From Octopus vulgaris (taxonomy: Eukaryota), in NCBI GenBank assembly GCA_951406725.2, contig OX597819.1, positions 38,192,001-38,256,000 on the forward strand: DNA of 64,000 nucleotides, given 5' to 3'. The notes under the pieces are model-generated. The model saw only the letters and a list, made by a program, of their open reading frames with translations, searched no databases and was not told where the DNA came from. Positions 15,168 to 28,477 of this stretch are shown here, piece after piece (position 1 is the first letter of the stretch; each line of letters opens with the position of its first letter). The translations under genes were made by a program, and so were the position numbers.

Positions 15168-16939
15168 TCATAGTAAAGAAGTTTAGCATTTTAGTGCATC
15201 TTAGTCATAAATTTACTGTTGGTAGTACACAATATGAGGTTGGTTACATCTGAAGATGAGAATATTCTCACTAATATTTTTCATAAGTTTCCGTATTTTT
15301 TTATTCTTTGCATTTACATATGTATATTTTATTACCTGCATTGACATCTGTATTACAATTATTTGAACAAAACAGCATACAGAGATAGCAAATGTGACAA
15401 TTATAAGTCTTCATTGTGTAAAATATTTTAGTTATTTATATGAAATTTGTTCATGATTATTGAAGGCAAAATAAGTAGAAGAAATGAGAACATCTTATCA
15501 CAGAACTGAGTTCTGTGTAGCACCTGAGGGTGTTTTATTTGGTAGTTCAGTATCTCAGCTTTTATAACATTCAGTCAAAACTTCTAGAATCTTCAATAGA
15601 ACTATTTAGTAGGGAAATTCTCAAAACCTACTTTCAAGTCTACAACTATTTGGCTGCACACCACCTGATCTCATTGGCTGGAACTTGTTCATGTAAATGT
15701 TAATGCTTTTCATGGCAATACAGTTAATTTCAAATAGCTGGCCTTTTATTTTTATTGCAATATAGTTAGACCATGGTTCTTTTGCTGGTTCAACACTCAG
15801 CAAAAGAAAATGTTTGCTTCACAACAACACATTTCTGAATTTGATCTCAAATGCACAGCACTTTTGACATGTGTCTCCTATTTTAGCTGCAGGTTGTAGA
15901 AAAACTGTGTAGGAGCCTGTTATGAATGTATAGATGAACTCAGCACAGGGTCAATAGCTACCTCACAATTGTGCTTAGGGACATAGAAGTACTTGAGAAG
16001 AGATGGGTACTTTGTAAGATCACTTTGGCAGAGATGGATCCCTAGTTCTTGTCAGAACATCAATCTAGAAGTGTTGTAGATAGGGCTCCTTAGCATTTGG
16101 CGGGGGACAACCTATATAAGAGGGAAAACCCTGAATATATAGCCTTCTCTGCTGTGCATTCCTTTGGCTGTGAAAAGCATAAAACTTAAGAGATTAGTAT
16201 AGTACAGTTATATCTTCCCTTTGTCCTATCTGAAACTCCTTGCCTTACTCAAAAAGTTTTTAGCATAAAGTTTACTATAAACATATTCATACATGAGTAC
16301 CTTCTCAGTAAAGTATCATTATCATGCCATTTCCATCTACAGTGTGATTTTATTTTCAAACTTTTTGGTAATGTAATATTTTGGTGATATGTTTAAAAGA
16401 CTCAGTTTCAAGAGAAATGTAGAGAGAAGAGAACATGACATTATATCACGGCTTTATTGACTGCTATAATGCAATTGATAATGTTAACAAGGAGATGGAG
16501 AAGATTTTATGAAGATTGGGTCCCTTTGCAAAATTTATTGCTTTCATGAAGGCAAAGGTTAATTGTAAGTTATAGAGCCTTTTATCTTCAACAAAAGTAT
16601 CAACTGTCCTGATCAGGAATCTCTTATATGCAGATAGTTGTAATATAGTGACAGATTCTGAGATTCAAATAAAGCTGTTTATGAATCACTTCTGTAATGC
16701 TTGCAAAGCTGTCTGATTCAAAATGAGTTTTAAAAAGCCTGTGGTCATGTGTTAACCTCCTTGTCAATAGGTCTCTTAATCTTTTGTGTGCTGTGGTAGT
16801 ACACTTAGAGAAGCTAGCAAAAATGTATTTCTTTTTTTCTTTTCTGGGTGGCTAAAAGGTGTACACCATTTCAGTATATCCAAGTTAGTTACAGTTGTAA
16901 GAATTATAAGTGCATACAGTGACAGTAAAAATAGATATT

Positions 16940-17162
16940 TATGAGAGGGGTGCTGAAAAGTTCTTGGCTTTGGGTAACAGAAAATACAGGAGGATCAGTT
17001 AATTATGATTTTATTCAACATATCCCCCTTCTCAGATTCACACACTTATTGCAGCAATCCTTCAGTTTTTCTAAGCTCTGTAAAAGAACTCGAAAAGTTG
17101 GGCCTCTAATGAGGCCTTTCATGATACCCTTAAAGTCAGGAACTTTTTGGCATCCCCTCATA
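16940..17162. mobile_element. mariner-type MITE (TA TSD)
   Basis: ta-TGAGAGGGGTGCTGAAAAGTTCTTGGC ... GTCAGGAACTTTTTGGCATCCCCTCA-ta imperfect TIRs resembling mariner ends. Confidence 0.7.
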
Positions 17163-17984
17163 CACCTAACTACCTGATTATAATGTAAGTTTCAATACTA
17201 TACTCAGTGACTAAGGGAGTTAATTCACAATGTCATTCTTCATATGTGTCTTGTCTGCAACTGATTTATTTTTAACCGCATAGTGTATTTGGTGGGAAAA
17301 AACCCCTCTTGGTACCACATGACAGCATCTTTAGCTGACATCACAGTAAAATAAGCTAGCTAAAATGTTATTCAAACTTATGATTCAAAAGAGCAAATAT
17401 CAATTACTTCAATATTATTACAACAGCAAAATCTTCATGCATAATCCACAACATTTTGGTTAGTTAAAAGGCAATGTCACATAACATCAGACAGGGACAG
17501 TAATCCCTTTTTATTGTTTATTAATACTTTGGAACCGCTGTGATTTAAGGCATGATTAACTCAGTACTATACCAGATTTCCTTTGTCTGTTTAACATCCA
17601 TTTTTCCATACCAGCATGGATTAAATGAGAAGTTAATTAAGGCAGGATTTTATGAATGGATACCCTTGTTGTCAACCCTTACTGTTGTTCAAGTAATGGA
17701 CATTTTAATTCTAAGTGTCCAGAGGTACAGAATGACCAGTCATAATGTCAATAAGGAATGTCAACATTATCACTGTTTCACTCAACATTTGCTTGCACAC
17801 ACTTAAACACGCACTCACGTGTGTGTGTGTTTGTATGTATGTATAGACATATAGCAGACATTGGAGTTCAGTGCAGTTTTCCAGCTTGCTAGATCCTGTT
17901 GAACCATCCAGTTCATGCCAGCATGGAACATGGATGCTAAATATTTAAATGATAACAGTATATATGTATGTGTGTAAATGTGCA

Positions 17985-18280
17985 GGGCTGGTTGGTCTTG
18001 CACCTCCTCACTCAGGTATTCTTGACCCACTTGCTTCTCTATCTCGCATTACTCGTGTTACATCCAACCCCTTTTCCCCTGTACTGATCTCTATATCCAA
18101 TCCTTCTTCCCCCACAAAAAAACCATCCCACTGGAATCCTTTCCTTGCCCAAATCTTTCCTGCAGGAGTTGATCTGCAACAATTTAAACAGGGCATTAAC
18201 AACATTAATCTTGCCAATCATGGAGGATCTGTAAGAGCCATAGAATCTACCCATTCCTCCAGACTCAGTAAGAAAATGGA
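17985..18280 (+). mobile_element. Decayed 3' end of a CR1/L2-group LINE
   Basis: Translation ...TRVTSNPF...HWNPFLAQIFPAGVDLQQFKQGIN resembles the LINE ORF2 C-terminus (WN.LP..VFP....L..FK..IN); similar relics at ~43500-43835 (+) and ~42560-42760 (-). Confidence 0.5.
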
Positions 18281-19420
18281 ACGAAAGAAAACAAAACAAA
18301 AATTCCCTGCTTTCACACTACATGAGTCAATGGGTCGGAATACCGACATTCCTTGTTGACATGAAGCCGGGACACTGTGTGCTTTCAAAGACTCTTGGAA
18401 GAAAAAATCCCTTACTTGAAAAACAGGTAGGGTTGATAACAGAAATTACACCCATCTGTAAACTACTGCTTTGAATCCATGGAAAAATGGATATTAAACA
18501 AACTATGTGTCTGTTTGTCTGTCTGTCTTATAAGTGCACACATATAAATACACACATATACAGGCACACACGGTGGGCCTCCTGTAGTTTCTATCTAACC
18601 AAATTCTCTCACAAAACACTAGTTGCTTTGGGGCTATAGTACAAAATGCATAAGGTACTGTGTAATGGGACTGAATACATAGTCAACATTATTGCAAAGT
18701 GAACTTATTAACTGCACAGCCATACCTGTACACTAACAATAAATTTTGAAAAAACATGTTGCTGTCTTGAAACGTCAATACAAGTAAAAATATTAGCAAT
18801 TATTTACACTCACTTCAAATAGCATTAAGAGAATAAAATCTTGTTCAATTTGCTTCACCATATTTCCAGATAAAAGACAAGCAGGCACAAAGCATGTCAT
18901 AATTATACATCTCAACACGCTACTAAAGCATACTGTTGTCTCTTTACAAGTAGAAGTATTGATCAATTTCTTGTACTCAGAAAAAAAAAAAGTGATGGCA
19001 TAGCATTCCAGACAAGTCTTACAGATTTTGTTATACAAAAAGCCACAAGCTCTTTCGTCTGTTCATCTGAAATATTAAGGAAACGAGTTACGGACAGGAT
19101 CCATCACTTCATTTATTGAGTCCACAAACCAGTGTTCTGTAAAGACACTACAGAATAAATTAAAATGATATGATGTCTTGTTTATATCTTTTATTTTTAT
19201 CCCTTTTGTTGATATTTAATATATAGAAGTCAGGTGTATCTGTGTATTTGGTTTCAAATTTTGGCACAAGGCCAGCAATTTCAGGGGAGGGATTAAATTG
19301 ATTATATCAACCTCAGTACTCATCTGAAAGGATGAAAGGCAAAGTTGATCTCAGCAGAATTTGAATGTAGAATGTAAAGATGGACACAATGTCCCTAAGC
19401 ATTTTGCCTGGTGTCTTACT

Positions 19421-20050
19421 ATAATAATAATGAAATTATTGTATACAGTGCTCAGGTGCACCACAACTTGTCAAAAGTGCATATAAAGCATATGCAGTAA
19501 TGTACAAATGTCTGGAAAGTGAACAATGTATGAGTCAGATACATGCTTGTGTGTGTATGGAGGGGAGAAAATCAGTGTTGGCGAATCTCAAGAAGCATAG
19601 AAGTTTTGAAGGATGCAGTTCTCTGACAACTAACAACTGATGCCGGCAGTTTGTTCCATACTTCAGCAACTCTTAGCGTGAAAAAATATTTCCAAAAGTC
19701 ATGGGAGCTGTGCTGTTTTCTGACTTTGTAAACATGTCCACGGGTGTTAGACAGGTGGAGTTTGAAAAGGTGCTCAGAGTTATTGTTGGTAAGATGGTTA
19801 ATAATTTTATAGGTGTCTGCCAAGTCAGCTGCCAGACGTCAGAGTTTCAATGTATCCATGCCCAGGGAAGTAAGGCGTTCAGAATATGGCAAATGCCTGA
19901 TGGAGGGTATTCTCTTGGTTGCACGTCGCTGAATGGTTTCCAGACGATTAATATCCTGGGCAAGATAGGGGCTCCAGACTGGTGATGCCAGTTCCAGGTG
20001 AGGTCGCACCATCGCTATATAAAGCCTCAGATAGATAGCCGGAGAACGGC
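19421..20050 (-). mobile_element. 5'-truncated CR1-group LINE, 3' fragment
   Basis: Minus-strand translation includes SNTRGHVYKVRKQHS...FFTLRVAEVWNKLP, followed by a 3' UTR and (TTA)n tail; near-identical copy at 57598-58064. Confidence 0.85.
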
Positions 20051-20540
20051 TCTCAGATTACTCTGTCAGATGTAATACTTATATTTACATTGTTTTCAAT
20101 TAATCATACATTATCTTGTAGCTTTCAGATTCTGATGATGTGATTGTTTATTTTTAGAGTGACATCGTAGGGTAGATGTGGAGGCCAGATCTAGCCAGTT
20201 TGAGCACAAAACAGGTAGAATATTTGAGCTGGATATGGCCCATTTAAAAGCTGAAGGGTTAACCCTTTAGCATTTAAACCATATTTCTTTTTTTTTTTTT
20301 TCATTTCTCATTTTGAAAACAAAATCTTGAAATTATAATATCAGTTGGAAGTGGGAAAAAATAAATTTTGTTCTGTGAAGCTACTACATGGGAGTTATTA
20401 TTTTTACAGCCTCATGCATTCAATGGATGTTGGATCCCTATTTAGCGTGACTAATGCATTGTTTTATTTACTTTTATCACATTTGATTCTAGTTTGTTCC
20501 TACAATCTTATTGGGTTACATTGAGAAGTAATATCCAATA

Positions 20541-20655
20541 CTCTTTTACTCTTTTACTTGTTTCAGTCATTTTGACTGCGGCCATGCTGGAGCACCGCCT
20601 TTTAGTCGAGCAACTCGACCCCGGGACTCATTCTTTTTGTAAGCCCAGTACTTAT
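20541..20655 (-). mobile_element. 5'-truncated family B SINE tail flanked by 86-bp direct repeats
   Basis: Matches the family B tail; flanks 20455-20540 and 20656-20741 are identical by eye. Confidence 0.8.
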
Positions 20656-22393
20656 TGCATTGTTTTATTTACTTTTATCACATTTGATTCTAGTTTGTTC
20701 CTACAATCTTATTGGGTTACATTGAGAAGTAATATCCAATATATATTATTACTATGCTTAACAGTTTCAAGACTGATTGCTCAATACCAAAATTCATTAT
20801 TGGTTTTTGCTTATTTATATATTTTTATTTTATAATTCTCTCTTGGGTGTCTAGCTTCTGGGTTACATAGCAATAACATTCAAGGTAAAATGCTGCATAC
20901 TTACCAATGTTCATGCCAGACTTTTACATTGGACTATGTGTTTTATATTAATTATTTCATTTTTTATTTCATTTTATTTTATCTTATTTTTTTTTTTACA
21001 TACATACATGTTAAATATGAGAATTTAATCTTTCCTTATTTTAGTGCCAAGAACTGCTCATGGAGAAAAAAGGGCATGTCAGTTTATTTCATACCTCTGT
21101 CATTTCATCAATAACTCAACCACTATAGCTAATTTTATGGTAGTAAATCTCCAGCAAATAAACGGATGATATTTTTTCACATTTTTAGAATAATCTTTTT
21201 TCTTGTGCTTTCTTTGTTAATTGAACTGTCTTGGAAATTTTTTCCTTGCAGATGTTTGTAGTTCACACTTTGGTTGTGATGTTTATCTGTTCAAATTTAT
21301 ACTTTCTTCTGAGAAGTATACGGATATATTTTTTCTATTATATACCAGAATTCCAAAATACATTCTAATATAATATCATCATCATCGTCATCATTATCAT
21401 CATCATAATTTAACATCCGTGTTCCATACTCACATAGGTTGCACAGTTTGACAGAATCTGATGGGCCTAAGAACTGTATTCATGTACCAGTGTCTGCTTC
21501 GGTGTGGTTTCTATGGCTGGATGTCTTTCCTAATACCAACCATTTCACAGCATGTATTGTGCATTTTTTCCATGCCACCAGCACTAATAAATCCACCATG
21601 AAAACTGCAAAGCCATGGACCTTGAAAAGGCAACAAGATGAGGGGTTAAGAGATGAGAGAAGTAAAAGTATGAGAGAAGGGTTCAGTATAATACCTATCT
21701 GTAATTTTGCTTGTGCTTGTATTGTAAATAAATTATGGAAACTGCATTTGAATTTGTATAGGTGAATACAAAGTTATATGGTTAAAAAGTTTTCTTTGAG
21801 ACCACGTGGTTTCTGGTTCCATGGCACTTGGGCAAGTGTTTTTGCTATCATCTTGGGCTGACTAATACTATATGAGTAAAGTTGGTAGACAAAAAGTTGC
21901 ACAGAAATCTGTCATGTATGTATATGTATGTGTGTGTGTGCACGGGTATTTTCTGAATTTCTTCTCATTAGCATTGTTTAGGTGACAACAATGTTATGCT
22001 TATATCTCCCTTCTTGTAGCATGTTGGTTTTGATGTGTGAAATCCTGTGGAATAAAAAGTACTTTACTCAAAAAATAGCAAAGGGTTGATGACAAGAAGG
22101 GTATTTGGTTGTAGAATACTGCCTCGATAAATCTCATATAACCCATCATGAGAATGGAAAAAATGGATGTAAAAAATGATGATGACGGTCCATTTTTATA
22201 ATTACTTTATCACTCAAGTTCAGTTGTTTGTATATGTGATGCATATTTTCTTTGTTACTCTTTGTCATTCTTTAACAGTGAAAAAATAAGTATCTTAAAT
22301 TTTTGGAGCTACTTGACATTTCCATTTGTCCTTTGATTTATCAGTCTTTGCTTGTCATTTGATTTACTGTTCTGTTCATAGATTTAAAATACT

Positions 22394-22963
22394 TATTTAC
22401 TACCCACAAGGGGCTAAACACAGAGGGGACAAACAAGGACAGACAAACGGATTAAGTTGATTACATCGACCCCAGTGCGTTACTGGTACTTAATTTATCG
22501 ACCCCGAAAGGATGAAAGGCAAAGTCGACCTCGGTGGAATTTGAACTCAGAATGTAAAGACAAACGAAATACCTATTTCTTTACTACCCACAAGGGGCTA
22601 AACACAGAAGCAACAAACAAGGACAGACAGACGGATTAAGTCGATTACATCGACCCCAGTGCGTTACTGGTACTTAATTTATCGACCTCGGTGGAATTTG
22701 AACTCAGAATGTAAAGACAGACGAAATACCTATTTCTTTACTACCCACAAGGGGCTAAACACAGAATGGATAAACAAGGACAGACACACGGATTAAGTCG
22801 ATTACATCAACCCTAGTGTGTTACTGGTACTTAATTTATTGACCCCCAAAGGATGAAAGGCAAAGTTGACCTTGGCGGAATTTGAACTCAGAATGTAACG
22901 GCTGACGAAATACGGCTACGCATTTCGCCCGGCGTGCTAACGTTTCTGCCAGCTCGCTGCCTT
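22394..22963 (-). mobile_element. Trimeric family A SINE with 16-bp TSD
   Basis: One head (GGCAGCGAGCTGGCAGAAACGTTAGC on the minus strand) plus three body/tail units; ATAGATTTAAAATACT at 22378-22393 and 22964-22979. Confidence 0.85.
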
Positions 22964-23149
22964 ATAGATTTAAAATACTATTAAAAAGGTATGTAGCCTA
23001 GTAGTTAAGCAAGTGAACTATTGATCGTAAAGTTGTGGGTTTAGTTACAGGTCTTGTAGGTATTTTGTATACTTGAGCAAGTCGTTTTACTTCACTCAGC
23101 TATGCAAAAATGAGTAACACAACTGACAGAATGACCTCTGATTGTAATA

Positions 23150-23592
23150 TTGGTTTCAACTTTTGGCACAAGGCCAGTAATTTCGGGGGAGAGTGTTAAT
23201 CGATTACATCACCCTCAGTGCTCAACTTGTACTTATTTCATTGACCCTGAAAGGAGGAAAAGCAAAGTCAATCTCAGTGGAATTTGAACTCAGAATGCAA
23301 AGATGGATGAAATGTCACTAAGCATTTTGACTGGCATGCTAATTCTGCCAGCTCACCCCTTTCCCTCTGGTTTTAATATTCTTTTCTACTCTAGGCACAA
23401 GACCCAAAATTTTGGGGGAGGGGCTAGTCGATTAGATCAATCCCAGTATGCAACTGGTACTTAATTTATTGACCCTGAAAGGATGAGAGGTAAAGTTGAC
23501 CTCAGTGGAATTTGAACTCAGAATGTAAAGACTGACGAAATACTGCTAAGCATTTCACCTGGCATGCTAATGTTTCTGCCGGCTCACCGCCT
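23150..23592 (-). mobile_element. Two adjacent family A SINE copies
   Basis: Each contains GAAAGG(A/T)GA...AAAGT(C/T)...CTCAGTGGAATTTGAACTCAGAA. Confidence 0.75.
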
Positions 23593-23610
23593 TCCTCTGA
23601 TTTTAATATT

Positions 23611-23999
23611 TACTCTCTTTTACTTGTTTCAGTCATTTGACTGCAGCCATGCTGAAGCACCGCCTTTAGTCAAGCAAATCGACCCCGGGACTTATTCTTT
23701 GTAAGCCCAGTACTTATTCTATCAGTCTCTTTTGCCGAACCGCCAAGTGACGGGGACGTAAACACACCAGTATTGGTTGTCAAGCAATACTAGGGGGACA
23801 AACACACACACACGTGCACATATATATACATATATACGACAGGCTTCTTTCAGTTTCCGTCTACCAAATCCACTCACAAGGCATTGGTCGGCCCGGGGCT
23901 ATAGCAGAAGACACTTGCCCAAGATGCCATGCAGTGGGACTGAACCCGGAATCATGTGGCTGTTTAGCAAGCTACTTACCACACAGCCACTCCTGTGCC
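23611..23999 (-). mobile_element. Family B SINE, full length
   Basis: Reverse complement of 26167-26546. Confidence 0.85.
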
Positions 24000-24717
24000 T
24001 ATTTATCAATAAAAATATATTGTCTCACTAGATTAAGTATGTTTATAGTTTTGCAAGAAGTAATGGATTTTATTCCAGGACCTTATTTTATATTTATGCT
24101 ATTGGAAGCCAATTAGGTTTGGCTGTATTTTCACTGTATCTTCACAAAACAAGCAAAGAAGCATATTTTGTCTCTTTCGGTTGAATGTTATATAATCTTG
24201 TGCCAATAATTCTTAACTATAAAATCTTTCTGATCCTTATTTTATGAAACAGTTTTTCCCACTGCAGTTGTGAAAGATTCAGTTGGTGGAATACACTTTA
24301 TTTGTGTTAGTGGAATTATAGTCTTTTTGACTATATCAAATTGCGGTCAGATCACTTGAAAGTACCATCAGCAACGTGAAACCCAGTACAACTTGTTGCA
24401 GAGTTGGTTCATCTATCTCTACACTGGCAACCTCACCTAGCTTGCTTGGTGAGGGAAGTAATTTTGAACACCCAGCTAGATGGAAAGCAAGATCTGTCAA
24501 AGAGTGGATAAATTCATTGACCATCCAAATTGTACATATGCACATTGAATCTGTGTGTGCATGTCCATATTTCATTCAAATGAGGCATGGAAGAAACCTT
24601 CATGAAAGTAACCTTCATCATCACAACTTTAAAGTTGGCAGTAGCAGGTCAACAGCAGCAACTGGTGCATGTAACAACAGACTGGCAAGCTGGACTAGCA
24701 GCCATATAATACAGGTT

Positions 24718-25135
24718 AAGGCGGCGAGCTGGCAGAAACATTAGCACGCCGGGCGAATTGCGTAGCCGTATTTCGTCTGCCGTTATGTTCTGGGTTCAAA
24801 TTCCGCCAAGGTCGACTTTGCCTTTCATCCTTTCAGGGTCGTTAAATTAAGTACCAGTTACGCACTGGGGTCGATGTAATCAACTTAATCCGTGTGTCTG
24901 TCCTTGTTTGTCCCTTCTGTGTTTAGCCCCTTGTGGGTAGTAAAGAAATAGGTATTTCATCTGTCTTTACATTCTGAGTTCAAATTCCACTGAGGTCGAC
25001 TTTGCCTTTCATCCTTTCGGTGTTGATAAATTAAGTACCAGTTACGCACTTGGGTCAATGTAATCAACTCAATCCCTTTGTCTGTCCTTGTTTGTCCCCT
25101 CTATGTTTAGTTCCTTGTGGGCAATAAAAAAATAA
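24718..25135 (+). mobile_element. Dimeric family A SINE
   Basis: Head GGCGGCGAGCTGGCAGAAAC, B-box-like GGTTCAAATTCC, central GCCTTTCATCCTTTC.GGGTCG.TAAATTAAGTACCAG present twice. Confidence 0.85.
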
Positions 25136-26166
25136 GAAAAAAGACCTCATGCAAAAAGGTCAATTACACTTGTCATGGCAGTTGAAGTATTCTGCACATT
25201 TACACCAATGAAATACCACTATTTCTGTAGTTTCAGGTGCACAGAGGGTGTAGTAGGGGTGGGGGAAATTGTGAGTCTCTTTCACTCCCTCATGACTGCA
25301 TTCTTTGTTGATGTGCTGCATAGACAGTCATGGTTTTTTATTGATTACTGATGGTCTAAACATGCCAGAGCCATTGATGGCAGGCCTTTCATTACAGTGT
25401 TCAGGGATTCAAACATTTTGACAATGAAATATTGATACTTCCATAGCTTCGGGAACACAGAAGGTGTAGTATAAGCAGGAGCAGCTGTGATTCCCTAGTC
25501 CTCATCATAGGTGTGTCTTTCTGTTGAAGTGTCAAATGGTTGAAATCATTGTCTTCCCTGATCACTACTTACAAAACATGATAACATTAAGCATCTTCTT
25601 TTGTTTTCTTTCTTAATTTTTTTCTCTCTCTTATTTATTTATTTATTCATTCATTTCTTGTTTTTAGTAGTGCTAAGTCATTTTCAACTGCGGGTAATTA
25701 ATTATTAAATGAAATTGTACTTTTTAATCCTTCCCCGCTTCTTTTAATTATGCAAACTAAATTCACCATCGCTATTTGATATCTGCTTTTCCATGCAAGT
25801 ATGAGCTGGATGGTTTTTCTAAGACAATGTTTTACAGCTGGTTGCCCTTCTGTCATCAGTCCCTTCAGTCACCTCTTCTGACACACAGTGTATCTATTCT
25901 TAAATCAAGATACAGTAAATTTATACTAACTGATTTGGAGCAGAGTGTGAAGCAAAGTTTTTCTTTTTTTCATGTTACAGATTGCCCCTCTTTTTTCTTG
26001 CTGTAGAATTTGTTAATTTGATGTAAACTTGTGTTGGTGATAATTATTTATTTCAAGGACAAAGCCTACAATCAGTCAACCTCACTGATCAATAACACCT
26101 TGTCAAGCTGACAAGGGAACCTCTATGACAGTAGTTTGCTATACTTTAGTGTTCTTGTCATCCTAT

Positions 26167-26546
26167 AGGCGCAGAAGTGGCTGTGTGGTAAGTAGCTTGC
26201 TTACCAACCACATGGTTCTGGGTTCAATCCCACTGCATGGCACCTTGGACAAGTGTCTTCTAATATAGCCTCGGGCTGACCAAAGCTTTGTGAGTGAATT
26301 TGGTAGATGGAAACTGAAAGAAGCCTGTCATATATATGTGTGTCTGTGTTTGTCCCCCCAACATCGCTTGACAACCGATACTGGTGTGTTTATGTCCCTA
26401 TAACTTAGTGGTTCGGCAAAAGACACTGATAGAATAAGTACTAGGCTTACAAAGAATAAATCCTGGGGTCGATTTGCTTGACTAAAGGCGGTGCTCCAGC
26501 ATGGCTGCAGTCAAATGACTGAAACAAGTAAAAGAGTAAAAAGAGT
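26167..26546 (+). mobile_element. Family B SINE, full length (tRNA-like head, internal microsatellite, LINE-like tail)
   Basis: GTGGCTGTGTGGTAAG (A box), GGTTCAATCCC (B box), TTGGACAAGTGTCTT, tail GGCGGTGCTCCAGCATGG...CTGAAACAAGTAAAAGAG; further whole or partial copies at ~13110-13340, 32860-33020, 33755-33945, 34319-34691, 60255-60415. Confidence 0.85.
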
Positions 26547-27702
26547 ATCTCCCTATGTTTAAGGTATACAACCTCTTTGTTTTATTCTAGTAGAGAGAAT
26601 ACATGTTCCAGAGGAAACCTTGTAACAATCCAACTACTTATTTACAAACCCAAAAGAGTTGTGAAACCCCAATCAAAAGCAACTGCTGAGAACCAAATTT
26701 GAGTCTTCCACAAAATACATTCTACCATACTGATTTCAAATTTTTCACACAAGGCCAGGAATTTCAGGGGAGGTGCTATGTTGATTGGACTGACTCCATT
26801 GTCCAACTGGTACTTATTTTACCAACTCCAAAAAGATGAAAGACAAAGTTGACCTCAGTGAAATTTGAACTCAGAACATGAAGACACACAAAATGTTGCT
26901 AAGCATTTTGCCCAGTGTGATAATGATTCTACTAGCTTGTAGCCCTGTTATATTCTACTGCGTCAAAAAATAAAAAACACTCTGGAAAATATAGTTCTAG
27001 ATAAACAGTATCTGCAGAAAAAATGGGATGGTCATGGTTGGTACATCTTTGATCATAGCTCTTCTCAGAGCTGTTCTGGTGCTAAAATAAAAACAACAGC
27101 ACTAACAACAACCTGTATTTGGTGGTTATTAAAGCAAATCTGGAAATCACGATACATTTATGTTTCTCTATTTAAAGTGTAGTTAATGTATGGTTATTGA
27201 TGTGTCTTAGTATATATTTACTGTTTATATTTAATGGACAACATCCAAATATCTGAGTCATTGATACAAGCTTCCAATCTTTCATCTTTGTCTGAGAGGT
27301 TTATATGGTGTAGTCTCTCTGAATCCCTGATAATCTTTCATTTAGATTCTGTCTGAGTGGTTTATCCTGTAAGTATAATCTCAAGATGAGAATTGCTGTA
27401 TACAATTAGATATCATCATCGTTTTGATGTTGATTTTCCCATGCTTGCATGGGTCATACTTTATACTTACAGGCACACGCACACGTGTTCATGCATACAG
27501 TGTTCGTTTGTGTGTGCATATACGGTTATGCATATATTCCAGTAGTGTTGTTGTGTATATATATTTATGTATCTGTGCTTTTATTATCTGTATGCTTGCC
27601 AGCAGCCTGATTCTGATCATTTATGTGTGGATATTACAGTCAACAAGCTACTTGTCATAGTTACTGACTTGGAAAAAACCCCCAAAAAACAAACTGTCAA
27701 CC

Positions 27703-27933
27703 TTAACCCTTTTGTTACTAACCCAGCAAAAACTGGCTCTGGTTCTGTAATACAAATGTCTTGTTTTCATAAGTTTTGAATTAAAATCTTCCACCGTACA
27801 CCTTAGTCACAATTTATGTTCCTAACACTAACTGAATGATAACCAAATTATTTTACTAAATTCTTTGTTATATTTAAAGTAATTGAAAGAAACACAGAGC
27901 ACGTCAAAATAAATACAGTAACGAAAGGGTTAA
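27703..27933. mobile_element. piggyBac-type MITE, second family
   Basis: ttaa-CCCTTTTGTTAC...GTAACGAAAGGG-ttaa; reverse-complement copy at 57072-57299. Confidence 0.8.
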
Positions 27934-28477
27934 ACTAATATCCCTCTTCTTGTAGTCCTCCCTAATATATCTCCCTTATCTCATTCATATTATTTCTGTC
28001 TTCAACTTCACTTTCTCTCATATGTTCTTTCACTTACTCTTTCTCTTACCGTTTGTTTCCTATATATAACAACTAAATTCTTTTTCCATTCCCTGTCATT
28101 CTCTACTCTACTCTCTCAAAGATGACAAAGAAAAACTTTTCTTGCTTTTCAAAGAAGAGCTTTGTTTGAAATGTCAAGAAATTCTCCCAACAGTGTATCG
28201 ACTTCAGAATATTTACACACTACCCATAATATATTGACCCTCTAAAACAACATATTTACCCTCTAATATAACACATTTACTTATTAATATATTTACTCAG
28301 TACTTCAAATAAACATAACATATACCAGTTATCCAAAGTTTGCATCACTTATCATCTTCAACTTTGCTTACTCATTTTAAATATTTACACTTAAGTAGAC
28401 AGACATATAGGTGTCAAATTGGCAGTCATTTGAGTGTCAGAATGCCTTATAATATTTGTTCAAGCTCTGTAAAGCAT

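Noticed and set aside
17949-18359. 136-aa ORF as a possible internal exon of the host gene
   Set aside because: Resembles a decayed LINE ORF2 C-terminus and has no ankyrin or espin motif.
22394-22963. Regularly repeated units resembling a CRISPR-like array
   Set aside because: Units are tandem SINE bodies without unique spacers, in eukaryotic context with no cas genes.
24330-25560. ORFs and moderately GC-rich DNA flanking the dimeric SINE
   Set aside because: Only faint RTE-like remnants (LLYGC on the minus strand); too decayed to annotate and not a host exon.
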